Assembly (NCBI GenBank): GCA_964016885.1
Contig: OZ024740.1
Span: forward strand, 393,204,001-393,268,000
DNA length: 64,000 nucleotides
DNA from: Eledone cirrhosa
Lineage: Eukaryota
Direction of reading: 5' to 3'
In this document: positions 54,800 to 64,000 of the stretch, in pieces
How the letters are laid out: each line of letters starts with the position of its first letter
Position numbering within the stretch: position 1 is the stretch's first letter
Program-made: the position numbers and the translations under genes
Notes under the pieces: generated by a model
What the model was told of the DNA's origin: nothing
The model's database searches: none
What the model saw: the letters and a program-made list of their open reading frames with translations, nothing else

Positions 54800-55575
54800 C
54801 CAGTATTAAAAGTACCCTCTTCCAGTTTCCTTCCTCCTACTTAGAAAAGCAGTCAGTTTAGCTCTGATCCATTGCATCAATCTAACCATAGTCACCTCCC
54901 TTTCATGAAACACATTGGAAGACAGCACCTCCTTTTCTCTAAGTTGAACTTGAAGAAATTTATGAGGGCTTAGTCGGAGAGGAAGATTGCTGTCCACAAT
55001 CCTTTTAGACAAGTCCACCATACAGCTTCCTTTGCCATAACTACCAGACAGAGGAATAATTGCTGCACTTCTCTTCTAAAAGAAAGTGGCGGTTTAATTT
55101 TCACTATAGATCCAGCTGGTAGCTGGATCTGTATTACACATGATAGCAGTTGTTTGACAGAAGCCCACAACTCTACAATACATAAGCACTGGGCAAGTGC
55201 ATGCAGGATGGATTCCTCACCCTAAGTGCACTTGAGCAGGTCTGGCTGTTGGTACTTTCATGCCTGTAGAGCTTCTCGAACTGGAAATGCCTGTGTAGCA
55301 CAGGCATGCCATGATCCCTGACCCAAAATTTTACCAGAAGAGCCTGTTCAGAGAGTCCTCAACAATGCCTAGAGCCACTTCCAGGTCATCACCACTCATA
55401 CCTTCCATTAACCTTCTATAAAAAGCATATGTTTTCTGGCCTCCTATCATGTTGTTCAGTTGGTCAAGTGCAGTGGGTACATGGCAACACTTTAGATGTC
55501 AATCATCTAGCCTTGGTCTGGGTTTGACCCACGATTGTAGCTTGGTCAGGGAGATGAGTTGTGGGAAGAAATGTT
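54800..55575 (-). mobile_element. Degraded Tx1/L1-clade LINE ORF2 C-terminus
   Basis: Minus strand, with frameshifts: EKLYRH....TCS...EESILHALAQC....LW (zf-RVT CCHC-like region), then LFLCLVVMAKEAVWWT. Confidence 0.6.
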
Positions 55576-57669
55576 GCATGAAAAGCAAATTATATGCAAA
55601 TATGTCCATTTCAGAATAATACTAAGAGACTAAGAGTGAATGGGTATATATACCCATCCAATACATGTTTCTTTGCTGTTGATTGGATGATATACATGTC
55701 TTCTGATAAGGGTCCAATTAGACCCCAAAATCAATTAAAGATGCTTATCATTTTTTCAATTTACAGGGAAATACCTTTTTTCTGGCATGTTTACATGACT
55801 ACATATTAGATATGTGTATATATTTACACATGTTGGTGTAGTCTTGGTTACACACACTGTGTATTTATACAAATATAATTTTATATATACTTATGTGTGT
55901 GTGTATATACATATATATATATATATATATTTTACCTATCATTGTACCATGTTTTGATGATTACTTGATTCCCAAGATGTATAGAATTGAAAAAAATACA
56001 TATAATCAACACAACAAAGAAGTATTACTAAACAAAGAAACACAACAAAGCAGAAACTGATGGTGTGTTACTAAGTCTTAAAGGACATGGGAGTTAGAAA
56101 TAGACCAGAGCTGAAAAGGTAGAGATTATAAAAGCTTTTTTAATTGAAAAATTAAACTTCTCAAGCAATGCCAAAAAAATGACCAAATACTAAAACAACA
56201 AGATTAATAAGAACTGAGTAACCTTAGCTTAAGAGGAAAATAGAAAAACTGAAATACTAAAAGGATGGTAATAATGCAACACAGTCTATGTAAAAATTTC
56301 TTGTTTTTAAGGATCACATTTTGCAGGTTAGGCCAGCTTACTATATTGTTGCATGAGGAGGTTTCTTGGATGTTCTAATGATATTATGTCAACAGTTCTT
56401 CTGGTGACAAGAAACCAGATTTGAACACTGAATGTACAGGACCAGAAAAGATAGTGTAAGGCATCTTGTCTGGTGCTTTAACCATTTTGCCAACCCGCCA
56501 ACCTGAACATATACTTATTTATTGACACCAAAAGGAAAATCGCAAAGTTGATCTTGACAGGATTTGAACTGAGAGTGCTGAGAGCTGAAGCTAATAGGAC
56601 AAGGCATTTAAATTGACAGTCTAACAAAAACAGCTGCAACAACACAACATAGATAACTGTAAGACAATGTACTATATAATACAACATAACAGTAGTAAGA
56701 CGAAACAAGGAATAGTAATATTAAAGCTAGTAGTACTAAGTATGAAAAATTCTACTGCTAACAATAAAGCAAATGAATGCAGTCATCTAGACATTATAAT
56801 AGATGAAATTAAACCAAATTTAAAGAGTTAAAATTGATACAACTTGAAGACAGCTCACAAGTCAGCAGGAAAACACAACATAAGAAAATAGAGTGCTTTA
56901 TCAGGCACACATTTGATTTGTCAGGAGAGATGGGTTCATTTGATGAGCTTGGTTGTAGGAGCAGAAAGATAAAACAGCACATCTGTGAGCCAGTGAATAA
57001 AGTGTGTTGGTGGGTGAAATAATCCCAAACAGTTGAATGGTTTTCTTTTGGCTATAGTCAAAGATATGTGTTTGTGTGTGTGTAATATCAGCATTATTTT
57101 AAATATCTGAGTAATACTTTACTGTGATTTATCCTTGACCTTTGTACAAAGTCAGTAACTAATGAAGGCTGAAGTATTTTCTACAGTAGGAATCTTTGTC
57201 TTTGGGGAGTAGTTTAGACAATGTTATAAGTGTGGAATTTCCATTAGAAATGATTAGAGATGATGAAGCTTAACATCTGTAGAGATTTTGAGGGTTTTAG
57301 CCAGTGTTGTTCATGGATATGGATCCTGTAGTGCAAGGCAGTTTCCTTGATAAGTATAATGGTTGTTTCAGTGTGCTGTTGAAGACTATCGTATCGATAT
57401 AAAGTATTTGGCAGAGTATATAGTAACAGAATCTGTTGGTGTTGAAATCATTGGGAATAGAGAAATCATAAAACAGAACCAGTTTGGAAACAAAAATTTC
57501 AATGGGAAATCAACCAAAATAGAAAATATATGAAAATAATATTTGATAAACGAAATAAATACACAAAAATATAAACAAAATAAAAGCAAAAAAAAACCGC
57601 ATAATTAAAGAAACAAAACAAAAATGAATTCAACAGGTGAAAGCTGAATCTTTTAGAATACATAGGTTT

Positions 57670-58620
57670 GAGAATAGAATAAAAGAACAAAAACAAAATA
57701 AAATGTTCTGAGAAGATAAGCAAAACCTTTACAGGGAATTACACAACAAAACCATAATAGAGAATTCTCCAGATGGAGAAATATAAAAACTCTGGAGAAA
57801 ACTATTGGAAGTAAAACAACCTCATAAACCAAATGAAATAATCCATGAAACAACAGAACAATTGAACTGTGTACTAACTCAGGCAAGGATAGATATTATG
57901 ATAGTAAATATATTAGACATTGCGAGAGGAAAATACAACTAATACTCTCATAGAACAAAAACAATCTCAAATTTCTGGATAAAACACTAACATGACTTAA
58001 AACTACATGGCCCAATGTTTTAATAAAAGAATAGTATATTCATCACAAATACCATAATTGCTAGCATGAGGAAAAACAACTCTTCTAACAAAAAAAGTGA
58101 CTTCCACAGTTATAGATCTATAACATACCTTTTACAAAAATCTGACATAGACACTAAGAAGATATAATATGAACACTAAGAATTTTTATATGTTTATAAA
58201 GATCAACTATTAATAAATAAAATACAGTTAAAAAGACTGTAGTTTGATTTTAATTTTAATACTATAGTATTCTTTGAATCAAAAGATATGTATAAATTAT
58301 CCCTTGTGGTTATAAGTTTCATGAAAACTAGTATACCAACGTGGAGACCAAAAGTTATATTAAATCAGAATGAAGCTGGGCCTAAAAACAGACATAATTT
58401 TCATCAGAAATGGAATATTTTGGAGAGATTTACACTTATGTATCCTGTTTCCTCAGGCTCTTTTCCCATAAATGTGCTAGGTCTATCTTTAGTTGAGGAA
58501 TGCTGACGATATAAATAAATGCAGATAATGAAATGGACCATGCAATATGATTATTAGAAACAGAACAGGCATACAATATTGGGGAATCTGTTGCATTCCA
58601 GAGCAAAAGAATTAATCTGA
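57670..58620 (+). mobile_element. Highly degraded R4/Dong-like LINE RT fragment (related pieces possibly from ~56000)
   Basis: Residual motifs QNKMF...LYREL, GKTTLL..K, YRSITY, KDQLLINK and NGIF. Confidence 0.45.
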
Positions 58621-60144
58621 AAGGAATATATGTGATGGTCCTAAAGAATGAATCAATAATCATCTTAGTAATCACTAAGATACATATTAAATGAAATAAA
58701 CTGAAAGTGCAAAATATTCAAAGAAGAAAAACAAAACAAGAAAATTATTAATGTTTTATTGATGAAGCTTCTATGGTTTCTTAACCTATAAGAAATAGCA
58801 GCCACATTTTTCTCAAGTCACATCTGATTGTCTTAAAAAAAGAAGGAAACTTTGGACAATGTACTCATAGATATACAAAAGATGGAATGGTCACAGCTGG
58901 AAAGCTTCTGATTGTAGGTCTGCTCAATCAGGGCTTACTTGGGGCTGAACAACAAATATCAATGAAATTCAAACAGTATTAACCAAAAACTAACACACAC
59001 CACATTTATATTTTTGGACAGAATAAAAGAAGAGGCCTTGTGTAAATAGAGATGGTCTGTCTATGAAACACTCTTCACAAAACATAGACACTTAAAATGA
59101 AATACACTAGCACATCAAAATAGTTTGAAAGAAGTGAGACACAAAATAACGATAGCATAAATGCAACTTAATGAATTGAAACACTTCTATAGATTGTTCC
59201 CCAAACAATTGACTAAACTTGATTATGACAAATAACAGAGCTACATCTGGCTCCAAGGCTATCAACTGAAACGGAAACCTGGAGGCATGGATACAGATAT
59301 GCATATTAATGTAGTTTTAATACATATGAGTGTATCTATATGTGTGTGCATGTCTGTTTAGGAATTGTTTATTTAAACCAGACAATTCAGATGTATATAT
59401 ATATATATATCGAAACAAAATATCAGTGGTAAATTTAAAGTCAGTTTGATGTAACCATCACTTCTCCTTGTCCTAGATCACAGGTTCTCAACCCATTTAG
59501 GCCAAACATCCCTTTTTGTCCCTCAAAATCACAAAACGCCCCCTACCCTATTTTTTCATTTTTCAATATACTACTGATTTTGATATCTGTAAATTACTAA
59601 AAAATTGATTAACAATATTCCAAAGATACCATTGCAGGCAGCTGAGAGTATAAATACATTCCTTGAAAGGAAATATATAAATTTCAAAAAAAGGAACATA
59701 AATGTGCTTTTTTATGAATAAGGACCAGTTGAATTTGTTATATTCCCACCAGGCGATACCAGCTATTTTGAACATTTATACAAGAGCAGCTCTGTTTATC
59801 CAAAGAGTGCTCTTATCTGGAAGAAAGTGGCAATTATATCATTTCAAAGCTTTCCAATTTTCCCTTTAATGAAACAGACAGAATAAATGTTGATATCTAA
59901 CTTGATATCCCCTCTGCTTTGTGAGCTTAGAGACCACGGAAGAGGGTTTTCATGACCACGCGGGAGGGTATATTTATTAGTAAATGGTAAAATATATACA
60001 ACAAATGAGTAAGTGAATTGTAGTAGATGGTTTCCAGTCCAGTCAGACTGCAACTACAAATAAAAAAAAAATGTTAGTTTGCTTTGTAACAATAGCATAT
60101 CTAAGTTTTCGGATAAATCAACTTACTTTAACTTTGACCTCATT

Positions 60145-61205
60145 TCAATGGGACCCTTGAACTTTATGGAGTCTAGCTAACTCTTTGACGTCAGGCTGGA
60201 TTTTTGTAAGATGTAGCCGGAGATCTCCACATGTAATTACATTGTAGCGGTTGCGAGCCTTACTGTGCAGCCTGGAAACAGCACCAAACCTCCTCTTGAC
60301 TAAGTATGAGCTTGGAAAAGGCAGAGCAAATCTCTTAGCCTCTGCATGTAGGTGTGGAAATCAACGCTGAATTTCCTCTTGCATCCCAAAAAGGGGTTCA
60401 CCTATTTTGGGAAATCTAATTTTGATCATGTCATCTGCTTGAAGTTCAATGAATTATTCCTGAAATATAACGTCCAAATCATTGACGTTAGCTATGAAGG
60501 GATCTGCTACCCACATTGGGATGTCCATCGGCAAAAGGTCGACAAACCGTTCTCTCATGTTGTCTTGTAGCGCACGGAGGTGAGTGGTATAAATTTGGAG
60601 TTGGTCATCGCTTACAATGTTTTGAACATTGGCGACACTAGGAAAATTATAAAATTCCCGTCAACAAAGATTCCTTTCGATGACATTCAATTTGGCCAGG
60701 AATGTTTTCACAGCATTCCTTGCTTTAAGCAAGGAGATCTTCTTCCCCTGCAAAGCCAAAATGACGCTATTGCATTTGTCGACGATGTCGGTGAGGTAGG
60801 CGCAGTTTTGCCTCACATCGAAGGTTTTCTTATACAGTTCTGTGTTTGTGTCCTCGCAGAAACTCAATGATAGAGTCGAAGAGTTCAAAGAAGTGAGTAA
60901 GGCACTTGCCCTTTGAAAGCCACCTCACTTCATTATGAAGGAGCAACTTGACGAATTCTTCGTCATTATCTTGGCACAGTTGCCGGAAAATTCGTTCTTT
61001 GAGGGAATGCCGTTTGATAAAATTGATGACATCAAGGGCCACCTGTAAGGACTTAATCAGTGGCTTGCTGAGTTTCTTCACAGCCAAGTGTTGTCGATGA
61101 ATGACACAATGAACAACAAATACAGATAGATTTTCTCTCTTCAGAAGAGTGACGAAACCCTTATGTTGGCCGACCATTGCTCTAGCGTCGTTCGTAGCAC
61201 ATGAT
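60145..61205 (-). pseudogene. Buster-family transposase (ZBED5/ZBED8-like), N-terminus lost
   Basis: AMVGQHKGFV...HCVIHRQHLA...LLLHNEVRWLSKG...AYLTDI...LQG...FPSSYLVKRGFG...GDLRL.LTKIQPD...QGSH*. Frameshift near 60860 and internal stops. Confidence 0.92.
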
Positions 61206-61210
61206 ACAAT

Positions 61211-61514
61211 GTGTGTTGTATTTGGCCCTAGATGTATGTATTACCCGATTATGTGTTGTATGTGGTCCTAGATGTTTGTATTATCTGATTATGTGTTGTA
61301 TGTGGTCCTAACTGTATGTATTACTTGCCTGTGTGTTGTATGTGCTACCTCCTTATGTGTTGCATGTGGTCCTAGATGTGTGTATTACCTGCTTATGTGT
61401 TGCATGTGGTACTAGATGTGTGTATTACCTGCTTATGTGTTGTATGTGGTCCTATATGTGTGTATTATCTGATTATGTGTTGTATGTGGTCCTAGGTGTA
61501 TGTGCTACCCGTTT
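61211..61514. repeat. 40-bp minisatellite, 7 full units plus 1 partial, inside the hAT element
   Basis: Consensus ATGTGTTGTATGTGGTCCTAGATGTGTGTATTACCTGATT. Confidence 0.93.
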
Positions 61515-63094
61515 CTGTGTTTTTTTAAATTTTTTTTATTTGTAATATTATTTATACAATAGGAAATAAAATAGATCTACATAGTGTTAACTCGTTACAG
61601 TTGAGTCAATCATTTCAGACATGAAATACATTGTTATCGGTGAAGGAAAGACAAGATTCTAACTGGCTGCGCTTGAAGTGTCATTGACCCAGTTGACTGT
61701 GGGTTTTTCCATTGTTAGGATCTCAATTGCCGGTTAATGTCTAAACACGCCTGCACACCTGCTCACAGCTGCGGTCAGACCATAGTTATGCTGTCTGCAT
61801 GCTCATTCAAATGCATTCACACTGGCTGTCTCAAAGACATACAAATATGGCTTATAAAACTTACCAAAGTTAAGAGCCTTCCAGTGCACTTCAAAGCTCC
61901 AAACGCCCCCCCCCCCCTCCTAATTCCCCCTTGCTCCCAAACGCCCCCCTGGAGTTCCGAAACACCCCCTGGGGGTGCATATGCCCCCTGTTGAGAACCT
62001 TTGTCCTAGATCAATGTTCAACACTGGCCACTTCAGAAGACATTAAGAGACATGACTAGAGGCTATCTAACGCCATTGAAAAAGGAAAAGAAAAAAAGAT
62101 GAAATAAAAGTTTAGCTAATACTATAAATTTACTTTACATAGTTATATATTTACTTTACATAATATATTCTCAAAATTGGAGATTTTCTTTTTTTTTTTT
62201 GCATGGAATACCTCTAGTGGGAAGGTGTTTTTGATAATCTGCAGCAAGGCATACAGCCAGCAGTAGTGTCATGCTGTGGATGTGTAGCATGTCTGCAACT
62301 CTTTCAATCCACTGCTGGCATGGTTTTTAGTGTCACTAATGCTGTGGATTGGCAGAATTGTTAGACGAAATGTGTTGCTGTTTATGCTTCACCTCTTTCA
62401 TTCTAAGATCATATCCCACTGTTGCAAAGGATAGGTAGTGAGTCAATGCCACCACCTAACACTTGAGTGCCTTTAGAAGAGTTTTCTCTGTTGCAAACAT
62501 TTGACCCAGATTTCTATTTTGAGGATACTTTCTTCCCATCTTTCCACCATTCGTAAACACTCTGAAAAGGGTCATGTGCATTACCCTTTCCTTCCCAACT
62601 AAATACTAAAGAAACATGCAAATATACATATCTGTATTTAGGCAAAGACATCGATAGGCATATGTAAAATATAAATTTATTTTAACAATGAAGTGAACAG
62701 CTGTATTAAGAATTTAAACATTTTGTCCATGGACATATAAGCACAGAACTTGAACTGCTGACAAATAGTGATTAAGAGAACCACTGCTGGTTAGTAAGAT
62801 GATACTTATATCTCTTTTGGCCCTTTGCCTTCTGAGTTCAACTGTGATGTCACTAGAGTAAGCTGTATCAGCCCTTGACTTTCCTGTGAACAACTTCAGT
62901 GGTATGGAAATAGAATAACTGCATGCAGAGATGACTGCTTGTCTTTCACAAAAAACCTGATGGAGAATTTTTCATGTGTAAGTTGGTGCTCATTCAAAGC
63001 AAACTGGGGCCATGTGTTGGTTTTTTTAAAGTTATGTATCTGTTTATGAATAGATACATCATATCCCTGCATGTCGTAAGAAGCAACTAAAATA

Positions 63095-63212
63095 GTCGGT
63101 GTCAGGAAGGGCATCAGACTGTAAAACACTGCCTCAAAATATCATTTCCCACCTATGCCATCATGGAAAAGTCAACGTAAAAATGATGTTGATGATGATA
63201 ATTATGATGATG
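63095..63212 (+). mobile_element. Short RTE-type 3' end
   Basis: GGTGTCAGGAAGGGCATCAGACTGTAAAAC...CTATGCCATCATGGAAAAG...ATGATG. Confidence 0.6.
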
Positions 63213-64000
63213 AGTGGGTACATTTTACTTCACTATTTTCTTCTCTAGAAGAGTAAATAGATGGGATGCAATTTGAACTAATGGCATCAACAAGTTCAAT
63301 TAAAATTACTTAACGACTAATGAGAAAACATTTTAACTTGCAAGAAACAGCAGTAAAATTTTCCTCAAATCATCCCCTACATTCTAAAAGAGGAAATAAC
63401 ACATAAGATAATACAGTACTGGAGGAAAAAATATAACATGGTGTTGGAATGTTGGCTTAATCAGGGATGACTTGGAGAGTGCCATCAAGATCTCAATCAT
63501 CCTTAGACTCCGTACAGCTGACCTCAGTAAAATCTGAATGACAGCACTCCACCTGAAGAAGGAGCCCCATGACATGAGGTTGCTGTTGCAGCAGGTGTCA
63601 CTGGCCATTGTCCACAACAATGCTTTTGTCATTTTGTCTGTGGGGCACAGCTGAAACACAACTCTGACTTAGGTGTAGAGTCTGTCACCCTCTCCCCTTC
63701 CCCTTTTCTTATGTTGCTTAATAATCCTAGCCCTTTCTCTCCTTTTCCCCTCATAGTTTTTTGCAATGCTAATTTCTTTTTCTTTCATGAATATTCAAAA
63801 GAAAGAAATCAATAGAAATCAATTATATATATTGTTTTGAATATTCATTATATATATATATATATATCACATAAATTGTGTTTATATGTACAAAATGGAA
63901 TAAATAAATATGTATGCCCCCCTCCCCCCAAAAAATAATTGCAAGAACAAAAAGGGATTTTTTCCTCATAGGCCACAAAACATTACAGATTTTAAGTGGA

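Larger units (their letters stand above)
59479..62003 (-). mobile_element. hAT Buster/Charlie-type DNA transposon with both ends, internally deleted (2525 bp)
   Basis: TIRs CACAGGTTCTCAAC / GTTGAGAACCTTTG (13 of 14 match) and a perfect 8-bp TSD TCCTAGAT (59471-59478 and 62004-62011) with the central TA typical of Buster. AAACGCCCCC subterminal motifs are present. Confidence 0.95.

Noticed and set aside
61211-61514. CRISPR-like array
   Set aside because: The units are contiguous with no unique spacers, the context is eukaryotic and there are no cas genes.
63420-63660. GC-richer segment with IVVDNG (actin-like) on the minus strand
   Set aside because: The similarity stops after six residues at a stop codon and no other actin motifs follow.

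Overview
AT-rich, microsatellite-dense eukaryotic non-coding DNA, probably intronic or intergenic. I find no supportable host protein-coding gene, tRNA or rRNA gene, or CRISPR array. The repeat landscape resembles an octopus/cephalopod genome (inference). Nearly all ORFs in the track are microsatellite or antisense artefacts, or transposon remnants. Recognisable content: (1) five 5'-truncated copies from at least three subfamilies of an RTE-clade LINE, with a C4-H-C3 PHD-type finger inserted inside the RT domain and a (GAT)n tail. (2) A Penelope-like element (RT thumb plus GIY-YIG) between ~1.26-kb inverted arms; one arm is interrupted by an RTE with an 8-bp TSD. (3) Several type I hammerhead-ribozyme motifs, two of them well formed. 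(4) A hAT/Buster element with both TIRs, an 8-bp TSD and a broken transposase. (5) A hAT MITE, two piggyBac-like TTAA MITEs, Tx1/L1 and R4-like LINE fragments, and many tRNA-derived SINEs. All alignments and folds were done by eye. Boundaries not fixed by a TSD or TIR are approximate.
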